The notes under the pieces were generated by a model, which had not been told where the DNA came from, searched no databases, and saw nothing but the letters and a program-made list of their open reading frames with translations. The translations under genes were made by a program, and so were the position numbers. 64,000 nt of DNA from Podarcis cretensis (lineage: Eukaryota), in NCBI GenBank assembly GCA_951804945.1, contig OX638149.1, positions 42,284,001 to 42,348,000 on the forward strand. Direction: 5' to 3'. Below, in pieces: positions 23,857-36,249 of this stretch; positions within the stretch are counted from its first letter, which is position 1, and each line of letters begins with the position of its first letter.

Positions 23857-24480
23857 GTAAGTATGTATAAAGATTTTTTTCTGTTTCATATAAACACGCT
23901 GCCTTTAGAATATAATTTATTGTATATCTGTTGACTCTGGCTCCACACAGGTTTTAGTGCTATAACAGGTTTATTAACAGAGTTATATTCACCTCTCTGG
24001 CTGGTCTCTAAATTACATGCAGCAAAAATCTCAGGTGAAGAGAGCAAGCAATGAGGCTTGGTGTACACAAGGAAATAATACACGATTAATTCATTGTGCC
24101 TGACTACAACACAACATATCAAGTGTGTTACAGATAATCGATTCTGATCCTCAAATGAGAACTTCACATTATATCATGTACAAAAATTATATATTTATCT
24201 AGGTGCAGGAAGCGTTAGTTGGGAATTCATTTGCTACTGCAGCTGTGTAACAAAGTGTTCTGGGAAGTTTGTCAGAAGGGAGGCCTTTCTCAACAGAATC
24301 CTAGATAGGCAGGAGAATACAGCCTCCTTGGCAATTAGATGCCAGTTGTCTAGAAGGCAGTTAGCCCTCTCTAAAGGAGAGAAAGTCAGAAATAAATGGA
24401 TGTAAACATGCAATTTCTTTACCTGCCTATCACCATAAGGTCCCATGTCAGGTTGCAGGTTAAATAAAGGGATGGGTTAA

Positions 24481-24511
<31 letters not shown>

Positions 24512-25492
24512 AAAATTACATACCACTTGATTGTAAATAGAACCTCTGAGGAGGAGTTGTTGTTTTTTAAGTTGAATCCCTGGTGTGCCTCTTTATTGGC
24601 CTGACAGTTTTCTGCCAAAGGACAAGGTGGCACCTCTCCCTTTTCCACATGCAGAAGCTGCCTAGAGTGGAAGTTGAATCTTGGCCGCCCCGGCTGCCCA
24701 AGCATTTACCCCCTGAGGTGGTTGTGCTGCTCTGCCTAATGGTAAGAGCCAGTCCCATTACTAGAGATTCCTTCCCCATAGTTCTCCTCTACAACACCTT
24801 GCCCTTAACTCTGCTTACATGGGTGTTCCCAGGTCAATGTGATAAATGAATGAGTGGGGGCATCAAACCCACCAGGAAGAAATTAGGCACGTTTTCAATC
24901 TTGTTCCAGTATTAGAGGACCCTCCTAAGTCATAGCAGTGATATAATCTGTCATGCTTCCCATTTACCTTCTGGATCAGCCCAAAGACCCATCTAGTCTA
25001 GCATTCTGCTCTCTCAGTGACCAGTTAGATACATATGGGAAGTCTCTTTCTGAAACTTTTCTTGAGGGGGAAATCCCCCAGTAACTTAGAGTTTGTTACA
25101 CACGCAAGATTGTTACACTGCTCACTACTACACTAGATTCAGTTAATTAGGATCATATTATAATTTGCTTCTTTCATATGGTCAAATACAGGCCAGTTTA
25201 GAGGTGGGTAATATAGAACTTTCCTTCTCTATTTTTCTTGTCATGAGACACGATTAGAACCAGAATTTTTCTGCTTATGTGATTGCTTCAATGGAATATT
25301 GCCCCACCTTTAAGAATGTTTCCATTGAACATAACTGAGTAGATCCTAATCACTCTGCTGTTTTCCTTTTAGGTAATCTGTTTTACAGAACACTTGCACT
25401 GTTTGTCTCGCATTCCAGTCATTTGTGTAATTGCCTTGCAGCTTCATCAACATGTACACATTACTAATTATGAGTTTCTTTTTTAATTCTAG

Positions 25493-25583
25493 TCATTTAC
25501 GGCCTTCTATGCTACAGCAGCTATTACGACGGCTGGTTTTTGATGTACCCTTACTTAATGAATATTGTAAAATGTCACTTAAG
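25493..25583 (+). CDS. RYR3: RYR3 exon 13/33 ([30 protein letters not shown])
   Basis: ttctag| and |gtaaat; 91 nt. Confidence 0.95.
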
Positions 25584-25860
25584 GTAAATCCTTCTCTTTC
25601 TACTAAGGATATTACATCTTTCAGTAGTATGAGAGATTTCTTTCTTTTAATTTCAAAAACAGTTTGGAAGGCTGAGTGAGCGCACATCTTCAAGAATAAA
25701 GGCCTTCTTATTAGTCAAAGATAATTTAAAGCACAATTGCTTTAAAACAAAGATTTGCCATTACATTATAAAGAAAGCTGCTAAGAGTTTTCTATTAAAG
25801 AAGGAGTGAAAACAGTTGTGATAGTTTTCTTTAATGTATTATTTTTTCTGTCATTCACAG

Positions 25861-26001
25861 CTGCTAACAAATCACTATGAGCAATGTTGGAAATATTATT
25901 GCTTGCCTTCTGGATGGGGAAATTATGGAATTGCAGCTGAAGAAGAATTACATTTATCTGAAAAACTTTTCTGGGGAATATTTGATTCCCTCTCTCATAA
26001 G
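25861..26001 (+). CDS. RYR3: RYR3 exon 14/33 ([20 protein letters not shown]...GIFDSLSHK)
   Basis: tcacag| and |gtaaag; 141 nt. Confidence 0.96.
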
Positions 26002-26455
26002 GTAAAGGTCCAGAGTAATATTTGCATGAGACACTACAATTCACACCTGTGCTTCTGTACACAGCACAAATCGCTTGCTTCCACTAAATGCTATAAAGAT
26101 GCACCTAGTGAAAGGAAAATGCCCTACTTAATCACCAAGAGCTCTGTTCAGACTAACATACCAATTGATTCAATAGAAAAACAGACAGACCTTGGGACTT
26201 TTTTTACATTATCAAATAAACTGACAAAACTTCTTTAGTCTTAAAAAAATCAGCTATGAACAAAGCCTTCAAACAATTGATTTAAACAATATATAAATGT
26301 AGTTTGGTTTTCTACTAGGTGCCTGAATTAAAAAATAAATAAATCTTCATTTATCAGCATCTACTAATGCTGCTTCTTTATGGCTGTGTTGCCTTAACTA
26401 ATATTTTGCATGTTTTTCTATTGGACTTTCCAACCAGTTCCTATCTCTCCTGCAG

Positions 26456-26619
26456 AAGTATGATCCGGAGCTTTTCCGAATGGCCTTGCCTTGTTTAAGT
26501 GCAATAGCTGGGGCTTTGCCACCAGATTATTTAGACACCCGAATTACCTCAGTTTTAGAAAAACAGACTTCAGTGGATGCTGAAGGGAACTTTGATCCCA
26601 AACCTATCAACACAGTGAA
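26456..26619 (+). CDS. RYR3: RYR3 exon 15/33 ([25 protein letters not shown]...[11 protein letters not shown])
   Basis: ctgcag| and |gtaagt; 164 nt; translated by eye. Confidence 0.95.
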
Positions 26620-27153
26620 GTAAGTCATAAGTGCCTCACTCATAATGCACTAATCAATCTGGGATTCTTTTTCCAGCCTAGCAGGGGCCTTGCTATCTCT
26701 TTAACACAAGGGCTAGAGAACCTGTGGCTAAAGGGTTGCAGTATTTATCCTGCAGGCCCTGGCCTAATTTCATGAAGCCTGGAGGGAGAAAAGTATGGTT
26801 GGGAGGGAAAAGATTGAAGGGTAGAATGTGAAATGGATCAAGTGATGGAAAGAGCGAGTGGGGAAAGACCAATGTAAGCAATCAGTTCAGACCTCTTGCA
26901 AGAGCAGCCTGTTCCCAGCAGCCCAGTGGAAATGGAGGAAAGGTGAGGGGAGAGTAAAAGAGAATGAGGCATACACGACAGTATAAAGCTTTAACGACTC
27001 CTTGCTTCTCCAGCCCCTTATTATAAGTCAATCAGGTGCATCATTGCAATTATTTGGTTGGCTAGTGCATGTAAACAGAATCATGATGAGAAAACATAGG
27101 TTCTTGAGAATATGTTGACAACGTAATCTAGGCCTTTTACCACTGTCATCATT

Positions 27154-30100
27154 TTTTATATATATATAATTTTTATTGATTTTCCAACATAAATTTAAAA
27201 CAAAATAACATACACACATAGACATACAAAAACATATAAACAAGTATAATTTCAGATCCTCTTTTTCATAAACCTTCTTTCTCGGACTTCCCCTTACCTC
27301 CCCCTCTCTGCATCCTTGTTTTAAATTTTTTCAACAACCCTTCTCTCCAATTAAATAATAACTTATTTTCTTTTTCAATTTCTTCTCCTAATTCATCAAT
27401 CAATTACAGCTATAATTCTATTTTTTCTTTTCCTTTGACATTTTAGCACTCATCAATTTTACAACAGTCCTTAAGATATGCAAAAGTACATTTAAGTACC
27501 TTCTTAATTTCATTATAAATCATTTCCCAAAAGGCCTTAATCTTTGGGCAAGTCCACCAAAGGTGAAAGAAGGTACCTTCAGTCTCGTTACATTTCCAGC
27601 ATTTGTTATTGGGCAGATGATAAATTTTCGCAAGCTTGACTGGGGTCATGTACCACCTGTAAATCATTTTCATAATATTTTCTCTTAAGGCATTACATGC
27701 CGTAAATTTTATGCCGGTGGTCCATAACTGTTCCCAGTCAGCAAACATAATATCATGACCAATGTCTTGTGCCCACTTAATCATAGCTGATTTAACTGTC
27801 TCATCTAGTGTATTCCACTTCAACAACAGGTTATACATTCTTGATAAATTCTTAGTATTGGGTTCTAACAGTTCTATTTCTAGTTTTGATTTCTCCACTT
27901 GGAAGCCAATTTTCCTGTCTTGATTAAACACCTCCAATATTTGATAGTAATGGAGCCAATCTCGTACCTTGGACTTTATTTTCTCAAAACTCTGTAATTA
28001 AATTTTTCCACTCTCTTGCTCTAAAATTTCACAATATTTTGGCAATTTAGATTCCATATTAAGCTTCTTCACCCCCTTAGCCTCCATTGGTGATAACCAC
28101 CTAGGAGTTTTATTTTCCAACAAATCCTTGTATCGAATCCAAACATTGTATAATGCTTTCCTGACAATATGGTTTTTGAATCCTTTGTGAACTTTAACCT
28201 TGTCATACCATATATATGCATGCCAACCGAATCTGTTATCAAATCCTTCCAAATCCAGAATGTCTGTATTCTCAAGAAGTAACCAGTCTTTCAACCAGCA
28301 GAAAGCTGCTGATTCGTAGTACAATCTTAAGTCCGGCAGGGCAAACCCCCCTCTATCTTTTGCATCAGTTAATATCTTAAATTTTATTCTGGGCTTTTTG
28401 CCCTGCCAGACAAATTTAGATATATCTTTCTGCCACTTCTTGAAACAGTCCAATCTGTCCACAATCTGTAATGTCTGAAACAAAAATAACATTCTAGGCA
28501 ATACATTCATCTTAATTACAGCAATTCGGCCTAACAAGGAAAGCCTCAAATTTGACCATATTTCTAGATCTTTCTTTACCTCTGTCCAACATTTGTCATA
28601 GTTATCTTTAAATAAATTCACATTTTTAGATGTCATGTTAATCCCCAAATATTTCACTTTCTTTGCCACCATTAACCCAGTTTCATTTTGAAACCTCTCT
28701 CTTTCAACATTTGTTAGATTTTTCTCCAAGACTTTAGTTTTTTGCTTATTCAGCTTAAATCCTGCTACCTGACCAAAAACTTGAATTAGTTCTAAAACTC
28801 TTTTTGTACTGGTATCTGGCTGTTGTAGAGTCAATACTAAGTCATCTGCAAATGCCCTCAGTTTATATTGTTTGGCTCCGACCTGAATTCCTTTAACCAG
28901 CTGGTCCCCCCTAATCATATTCAACAAAACCTTCAGGACTGATATAAAAAGTAATGGGGATATTGGGCACCCCTGTCATGTCCCTTTTTCTATAAGAAGC
29001 TCTTCAGTGACCACATTATTTACAATTAACTTTGCTTTTTGTTCAGAATATATTGCACCTATACCATTTTCAAACCTTTGACCTACCCCCATCCCATGGA
29101 GATTCTTCTTCATAAAACTCCAAGAAATATTATCAAAAGCTTTCTCCGCATCCACAAATATTAAAACCGCCTTCGTATTAATATTAACTGTTAGCAATTC
29201 CATAATGTCAATTATATTCCTTACGTTATCTGACATATGTCTCCCTGGGAGAAAACCTGCTTGGTCCTTATGAATCTCCTCCACCAACACCTTCTTCAGT
29301 CTTTTGGCTAAAATGTCAGCAAATATTTTGTCATCCACATTAAGTAATGATATAGGGTGGTAGTTCTTAATCTGGTTTTTTTCAGTCTCAGTCTTTGGTA
29401 TAAGTGTAATAAATGCTTCTTTCCACTATTCGGGTGCCTTTTCCCCCTCTAAAATTTCATTGCAGACCTCCTTCAACGGTTGTACTAACCATTCCTTCAA
29501 AGCTTTATAATATCTGGAGGTTAGTCCATCTGGTCCTGGAGATTTACCTAATTGCATATTTTGGATGGCACCCTCTATTTCTTGTTCTGTTATTTTCTCA
29601 TTCAAAACCATCATACTTTGTTGCGAGATTTTTTGTAATCCATGTTTCTTAAGAAAATCTTCTATTTCTCCTTCATTTTCCGGCACTCGTGCATATAGTC
29701 TTCTGAAATAACTCTGAAAACAATTACTAATCTCATTTGGTTTGTAGATGTTCTTTCCTTCCACCTCCAAACTTGTAACTGTATTCAATTTTTGTCTCTT
29801 CTTCAATTGCCATGCTAGAAGTTTCCTGCATTTGTCTGCTGATTCAAATGTCCTTTGTCTCATTTGCTTAATTTTCCATTCTATCTCTTGATTCATCAGT
29901 TCCATGTACTGCATCTGGTAAAACTTAATTTCTCTCAAAATTTCATGAGACTTTGGTTTAGACCTCAATTTCTTTTCTCCTTCTTTTATTTTTTCCAAAA
30001 TCTTATCTTTCTTCTCATTTTGTTTCTTCCTCTTTAAAGAGTTCTGTTGTATTAGGAAACCTCGCATCACGGCCTTACTTGCATCCCAAATCACTCTTTT

Positions 30101-30252
30101 CTCGACGTCTGTCTTCAGATTTATCTCAAAATAGTCCTTCAAAGTTTTTTGGGCCTTTTGGTAATCTCATCATCTCTGAATAGGGTGTCATTCATTCTCC
30201 ATCTAAAGGAGCAAGCTGTTGTTAGTTTCATCTCCATCTTTACAGTGTTATG
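27154..30252 (-). mobile_element. L1 LINE, 5'-truncated ~3.1 kb, frameshifted ORF2 (end of EN, RT, C-terminal CCHC)
   Basis: ORFs 29426..30142 (GKSPGPDG), 28976..29338 (DAEKAFD), 27998..28927 (RAFADD, KYLGI) and 27443..27937 (CWKC..HLWWTC); TSD gtcatcatt at 27145-27153 and 30253-30261. Confidence 0.95.
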
Positions 30253-30304
30253 GTCATCATTATCCAAATAATTTTTTAAATATTTATTCATGGAAATTGA
30301 TATA

Positions 30305-30854
30305 CTGTATTTTTCGTCCCATAGGACGCACCTAGTTTTTTGGGGGGGAAATAAAGAAAAAAAATTCCTTTATTTCCCCCCCCAAAACCAGGTCGGGGAA
30401 CAGCGGGATGGTGGTGCTGCGCCTCCCCGCTGTCCCCGAGGTTGAGGGGCTGGCCGATGTCTGCCCAAAGCACGGGGCGCTCTGCTTCAGCGCGTATCAC
30501 GCGCCGGGCGGCAGGCTGCTATCCGCAGCGTGGGGAGCCCTGCAGGAACTCTCGCAGGGCTCCCCACGCTGCGGATGTCTGCCCGGCGCACGGGGTGCTC
30601 TGCTTCAGGGCACCCTGCGCACCGGGCAGCAGACTGCTATCCGCAGCCTAGGGAGCCCTGCGGGAACTCCCGTGGGCTCCCTAGGCTTGCTGATAGCTTC
30701 CTGAAGCCTGGAGAGCGAGAGGAGTCGGTGCGCACCGACCCCTCTTGCTCTCCAAGCTTCAGAGAAAGCCTGTATTCGCCCCATAGGATGCACACAGATT
30801 TCCCCTTCATTTTTGGAGGGGGAAAAGTGCATCCTATAGGGCGAAAAAATACGG
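30305..30854. mobile_element. Tc2/pogo-like non-autonomous DNA transposon, GC-rich body
   Basis: TA|ctgtatttttcgtcccataggacgcac...gtgcatcctatagggcgaaaaaatacgg|TA; internal ~115-bp tandem duplication. Confidence 0.8.
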
Positions 30855-30923
30855 TAAATAGGCATATCCATATATGCCTAATTGGAGCAAATTATAAATT
30901 TTATTGCTCTTTTGTGTTTCCAG

Positions 30924-31002
30924 TTTTACACTTCCTGAAAAGTTGGAGTATATTGTCAACAAGTACGCTGAACATACACATGACAAATGGGCCTGTGACA
31001 AG
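30924..31002 (+). CDS. RYR3: RYR3 exon 16/33 (FTLPEKLEYIVNKYAEHTHDKWACDK; RyR repeat 3)
   Basis: ttccag| and |gtatgg; 79 nt. Confidence 0.95.
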
Positions 31003-31143
31003 GTATGGATTATTATAAATCTGACAATTGTCAAAGAAGGACAATGAGAGTTGAATGTTAGAAATCTGTCCAATTTATCTCCATGACAGATTTGCCTTTC
31101 AGACACCTAGACTGTTATACCAGAGCAGCACTGTCTAGTAATG

Positions 31144-31145
<2 letters not shown>

Positions 31146-31181
<36 letters not shown>

Positions 31182-31209
31182 CCTCTTCTCTTCTCTTCTC
31201 TTCTCTCTC
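31146..31209. repeat. (CT)n / (CTTCT)n microsatellite
   Basis: Seen directly. Confidence 0.9.
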
Positions 31210-31387
31210 AAAATACCTGGGGATCTTCTGGCAGCTTCTGAATGCAATAAAGTGCTGTGGTTCTTGCAATTTCCTCATAAACTGACTCAACCTGAAATAG
31301 TCTGTGTCCTTAGCAATACCTTAACTTTTAACTAGTAGTGGGAAATCATAACATTTTAGCTTGTTTACACACATGGAAATACTATAT

Positions 31388-31693
31388 GAACTGGTACCTC
31401 GCAAGACGAATGCCTCGCAAGACGAAAAACGCGCAAGACAAAAGAGTTTTCCGTTTTTTGAGTCGTTCTGCAAGACGAATTTCCCTATGGGCTTGCTTCG
31501 CAAGACGAAACGTCTTGCGAGTTCTTGCGTGTTTGTTTCCTTTTTCTTAAAGCCGCTAAGCTGTTAATAGCCGCTAAACCACTAAGCCGCTAATAGCCGC
31601 TAAGCCGCTAATAGCCGTGCTTCGCAAGACGAAAAAACCGCAAGACGAAGAGACTCGCAGAACGGATTAATTTCGTCTTGCGAGGCACCACTG
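31388..31693. mobile_element. Tc1/mariner MITE, second copy of the 17811 family
   Basis: ctggtacctcgcaagacgaa...ttcgtcttgcgaggcaccactg|TA. Confidence 0.85.
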
Positions 31694-31703
31694 TACATGT
31701 ATT

Positions 31704-32090
31704 GGGATGTGGGTGGCGCTGTGGTCTAAACCACTTGAGCCCCTTGGGCTTGCTGATCAGAATGTTGGCGGTTCAAATCCCCGTGGCGAAGTGAGCTCCT
31801 GTTGCTCTGTCCCAGCTCCTGCCAACCTAGCAGTTCGAAAGCACGCCAGTGCAAGTAGATAAATACAGTAGGTACCACTGTGATGGGAAGGTAAACAGCC
31901 TTTCTGTGCGCTCTGGTTTCCATCACAGTGTTCTGTTGCTCCAGAAGCGGTTTAGTCATGCTGGCCACATGACATGGAAAGCTGTCTGTGGACAAACGCT
32001 GGCTCCATCCGCCTGAAAGCGAGATGAACACTACAATCCCATAGTCACCTTTGACTGGACTTAACTGTCCAGGAGTCCTTTACCTTTACC
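31704..32090 (+). mobile_element. Full-length Sauria SINE
   Basis: gggatgtgggtggcgctgtggtctaaaccac...ggttcaaatcccc...cctttacctttacc. Confidence 0.9.
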
Positions 32091-32134
32091 TAAATATATC
32101 TACACAATGACACAGAACCCAGCAGCTCCAGAAA

Positions 32135-33295
32135 TCATGTCCTCCCTAAAAGAGGTGAGACCTGGAGATTGACCTCCTGGTTGTGGATGGGTCTATTAGA
32201 TAGCCCCAACGCCCGAGTGGTGGGTCCCTCATTGCTGGGTGTAATCTGGCCAATGGGGGGCAGTCTAAAGAGTTGGAGGGACCTATTTAATCTCTTGCAC
32301 ATGACCCAGAGATTCTCTTTCGGTTCGTGCAAACGGAACACCCACCTACCTCTCCCTATATTTAGGGCATTTTGCGATTGACCTTTCTATGCCGACGTGT
32401 GTCGTCTGTCGTTGGGACAGGGGCACGGCAAGAATTTTCCCCACTTGGCTGATTGGCAGTTGCCATTTGGGTTTCACCTGCCGCGTAGCAAATCGTCACA
32501 ACTTGTAAGGTTGCAAATAGGCACTGGTTCATGTGATAGGGATGGAAGAACAGCCTCACCATCCCTATGTGAAGGGTATTCCGTTAAAGGAATCCAGGGA
32601 CTTGACTTGGTTTGGTCAACCCATGAGAGGTGGTTGTGCCTGTGCCTGTGCCTGAGTCCAGGGGAGCATCTGGGGAGTGAACAGAGTCTGCTCCCAGGCA
32701 TTTCACCTTTTTCAGGTGTTCACCCTTGGCTGACCTATGATAGAGCTCTGGGTCAGCGCTACCTGCAATGGTGTAGGGAGCTAGTCGAACCAGAACTTAT
32801 GCTACCATTCACTTTTCTGTAATCAATAATGTGGGAATATGGTCATTTGTCCATAAGAGCATGGGCAAAAGTTCATTATTGCAAGATGATTTCATAGCAG
32901 AAAGCATTGCTTGGAAGCATGAGCAGCGCGTGGAGAGCTCATGCCATCCAATGATTGGTCCACTTAGCATAGCATGATCAACTGCGTGGTCTGGTGTGAG
33001 AACATAAGACTAATGTATTGTATTGTCTTTTATCTGCTGACTGAGGCAAAGCTCTCTCCTTGAATTTGTATCTTTTCGTGTACACACAATAAAAGGTTGG
33101 GGCAGCAGCAGCTTCTAGAGAGAGCTGCGGCCAGACTTCTTCAACCCATCTTGCCGTGAGACTGATTATTTACGGATGGCGAGCAGGTTCTCGTCACAAT
33201 AAAGTTGTGGCCTAAATTCTGCCAAAAACAAAAACTAAAATTTGAGTCATGTGTGTATTTATTTAGGGGGGAGGTCTCTGGGTCTGAACACGCAA
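32135..33295 (+). mobile_element. LTR-like terminal repeat (possibly Ngaro/DIRS-type) interrupted by a solo LTR
   Basis: CCAAT then TATTTAA arrangement near 32250-32290; removing the insert restores aatcAATAAAgttgtggcc. Boundaries approximate. Confidence 0.5.
32830..33198 (+). mobile_element. Solo LTR (Gypsy/ERV-like)
   Basis: TGTG...CACA termini; 4-bp TSD ataa at 32826-32829 and 33199-33202; internal AATAAA at ~33088. Confidence 0.75.
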
Positions 33296-33703
33296 AGCAC
33301 AGAATTGCAGAAATCCTATGTGTCTATGTTCTTCCCGTTCACATGAAAATATTTCTCCAATCTTATCAGGCGTATGATTTAGACAATAATTTTGTGGAGA
33401 TTTTCTTTCCATGGTGGGAATGGAGCTATCTCCAAAAAACTGGGATACATGTGCAGTTGTGCCAAAATATTCACTCAAAGCACAGTGCTAATAGCTTCAT
33501 TTTGTATTTAGCATCCGGAAAACCAGGCAGTATCATATTTGGATCTGAACATGGAGTTTTGGTTCTTGCCTCTTGCCATTTTCTAAGCTACTCCATTTAG
33601 TCCTTTTTCTTTTTTTAAAAAAAGCAATTTATTATAGTGGCCATCCCAGATAATTTGTTCCATCAGCTAATCACGTGTTGTGTGAATTATGTGTCTGTTT
33701 CAG

Positions 33704-33793
33704 AATAATAGTGGGTGGAAGTATGCATCTTCACTCGATGAAAATGTGAAGACACATCCTTTAATGAGGCCTTTTAAAACACTGACTGAAAAG
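33704..33793 (+). CDS. RYR3: RYR3 exon 17/33 (NNSGWKYASSLDENVKTHPLMRPFKTLTEK)
   Basis: tttcag| and |gtaata; 90 nt. Confidence 0.95.
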
Positions 33794-34062
33794 GTAATAA
33801 AGGAAAGATCAAACTGCATTATTTAATGAAACAACAGATTTTGTGTGCATGTTTTGTTTGCATGTTTCATTAATACGTGAATATCACCGATGCTGCAAGG
33901 TGCATCTTTTTAATAAGCATTAAAATATGACAAGATTTAAATACAAATCATGTTAAGTTTAGCTTTCCAAATTGTATACAGTGAGATGACCTTTGTACAA
34001 TACTCCAGTTTAGACTTATTCTAGGTGAAATGTTACAGAATTTGTATATATCTTTTTTTAAG

Positions 34063-34209
34063 GAAAAGGAAATCTATCGATGGCCTGCCAGAGAATCTCT
34101 TAAAACCATGTTAGCAATGGGATGGAGCCTAGAAAGGACAAAAGAAGGAGATTCAATGGTACAACAACGTGAAAGCGAAAAGCTTCGTAGCATATCACAG
34201 TCCAGCCAA
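34063..34209 (+). CDS. RYR3: RYR3 exon 18/33 (EKEIYRWPARESLKTMLAMGW...KLRSISQSSQ; phosphorylation loop region)
   Basis: tttaag| and |gtaagg; 147 nt. Confidence 0.95.
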
Positions 34210-35259
34210 GTAAGGCAGAACTTTCTTATAAAAAAAGACTAGAGAAAAATATGAGCACATTTTTCTCCCTGCAAACTAATGCTATTTCTGTTTTGCTATT
34301 TTTATTTTTTTATTTTTTTAAAAAGCACCTTTGTAGAAATATTGGTGTGGTGAACCAATCCTGTGAAATGTGTTAAGAATATTGCTTGCCACACTCTGAG
34401 ATGGAGAGCATGTTGGAACATACGCAATAGCAATTCCCCCTGGCAAATTGTTCCAGTTGCCAATTTATTGTGACTTTTTCATATCTAATGATCAGGTGAC
34501 TAAGCCCTTATTTGTGAGGAAATTTTTTTTAACACAATACAGTTTTTAATAGAATGCAATTTTCCATCCCACTTGCTCCACAGGGAGGAATATGCAAACT
34601 AGATAGATCTTACCTTGCTGCGGGAGGACAGAACCTCTAGCTTTCTTCCTGCCTTGCTCCCATGCAGGTTGGGTGACAGCTGTACGCTGTCATCTACACT
34701 ATGCAGTCCGACCCCATGATATTGCACAGGAATCTGTGGACTTAGCACTCACACCTGTAGAACATGGCTCCACAAAGACACATCTTTCTGGTGCAGGGGT
34801 GTAAATTTGAGTTCATCATACTCCTTTCCACTTCATAGGTCTTGTGTGTCAGCAGTTGTATAGGCTCTCAGCAAGCCTCTCTTTCACTGTAGTGGCAGGG
34901 ATTTAGCTTGTCAGGGTCTGAAGAAACATGGCTCCTTCCAGGCTTCCATGCCACCTTCCACCCTGTTCTAGAGAATTCCCCAACACTCTGGAGCTGATTT
35001 TCAGGGGATGGTGGGGACTGCAGGATATTGGCAAAAATCTGCTCTCCTGCTGCATTCAACGATGCTTCCACTGGATCAAAAGCCTTTCCACGAGTACTAT
35101 GGTACTAACTGAATTTCACCATAATTTAAGTTTTTAATAACACTTAGCATCAGGCATTTTGCATCCTTAAAATAACTTTATTCAATATAGATTGACATGT
35201 AAAGAATCTAAATATGCAAAAAAAACCCAACAACCACTAATTCTTCCTTTTAATAATAG

Positions 35260-35322
35260 GGAAATGGATACAACCCAGCACCACTTGATCTTTCAAATGT
35301 TGTACTCTCCAGAGAAATCCAG
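35260..35322 (+). CDS. RYR3: RYR3 exon 19/33 (GNGYNPAPLDLSNVVLSREIQ)
   Basis: taatag| and |gtttgt; 63 nt, phase 0-0. Confidence 0.93.
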
Positions 35323-35753
35323 GTTTGTATAAGGCTATTCAAAAATGTAGGAAAACACCTATTCATACTTAAATAAGAGCAAAAAGGGCCAACAAGAGAG
35401 TGTCCTTATGTTCAAAAGTACTGTGCTCTAGCCACAGAACAGAAAGTATCATAACCATAAGGCATTTCAAACAAACCACATCCAACATAAATAGGTCCTC
35501 ATTTTCCTAGGACCTGCACCATGAGCCATAAAGCGCATCCTTTATCGTATTATCTGCCCTGACTCCATCTATGTAACAAAGCATTGGGAGACAGAAATAG
35601 CCTTTCCCAAAGCAGATGCCCTCATTAGGTATTCCTCCTTTCCAGCTTAACACTTACTATAAATGATATATTTAAATACTATAATATATATTTCTGAAAA
35701 ATTGTATTTCTTTTGATTTTGGATTATTCCTTCTTGATTTGGTGGTGATACAG

Positions 35754-35829
35754 GGAATGGTTGAAGTGGTAGCAGAAAACTATCATAACATTTGGGCTAA
35801 AAAGAAGAAAACTGAATTGGAAAGTAAAG
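35754..35829 (+). CDS. RYR3: RYR3 exon 20/33 (GMVEVVAENYHNIWAKKKKTELESK; RyR repeat 4)
   Basis: atacag| and |gtaag; 76 nt. Confidence 0.95.
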
Positions 35830-35912
35830 GTAAGACTGAAATGTTTTGTGTGAAACCTGATATTCAGTAGGGGAATATCTGAAAATACAGATGACATGAT
35901 AAGAATAGCCTT

Positions 35913-36006
35913 AGGCTGCAATCCTAAACCCACTTACTTGAGAGTAAGATCAATGGAATTCAATGGGACTTACCTCTAAGTAGACAAAATGACGACCACA
36001 GCCTTA
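35913..36006. repeat. Short palindromic squamate interspersed repeat; related copy at ~46742-46835
   Basis: aggctgcaatccta...acttac...gagtaag...aatgggacttac...cagcct. Confidence 0.55.
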
Positions 36007-36060
36007 GTTTGTCTGTCAATTCCTATTGTAAATATTAACACTTCTCTCATCTTACCATAG

Positions 36061-36184
36061 GTGGAGGTAGTCATCCTTTATTAGTACCTTATGACACTTT
36101 GACAGCCAAAGAAAAGTCTCGGGATAGGGAGAAAGCACAAGAACTGTTTAAATTTCTTCTAGTGAATGGCATTGTCATATCCAG
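36061..36184 (+). CDS. RYR3: RYR3 exon 21/33 ([42 protein letters not shown]), followed by a GC donor
   Basis: ccatag| acceptor; donor CAG|gcaagt; 124 nt keeps frame with the next exon. Confidence 0.92.
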
Positions 36185-36249
36185 GCAAGTTGTATATCAC
36201 TGTGTAAATAACTTGTGTTGCCCAAGTTTTTTGTTTTATTTCTCTTGCT

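Noticed and set aside
30288-30871. Overlapping GC-rich ORFs / apparent CpG island
   Set aside because: They lie within the TIR-bounded non-autonomous transposon at 30305-30854.
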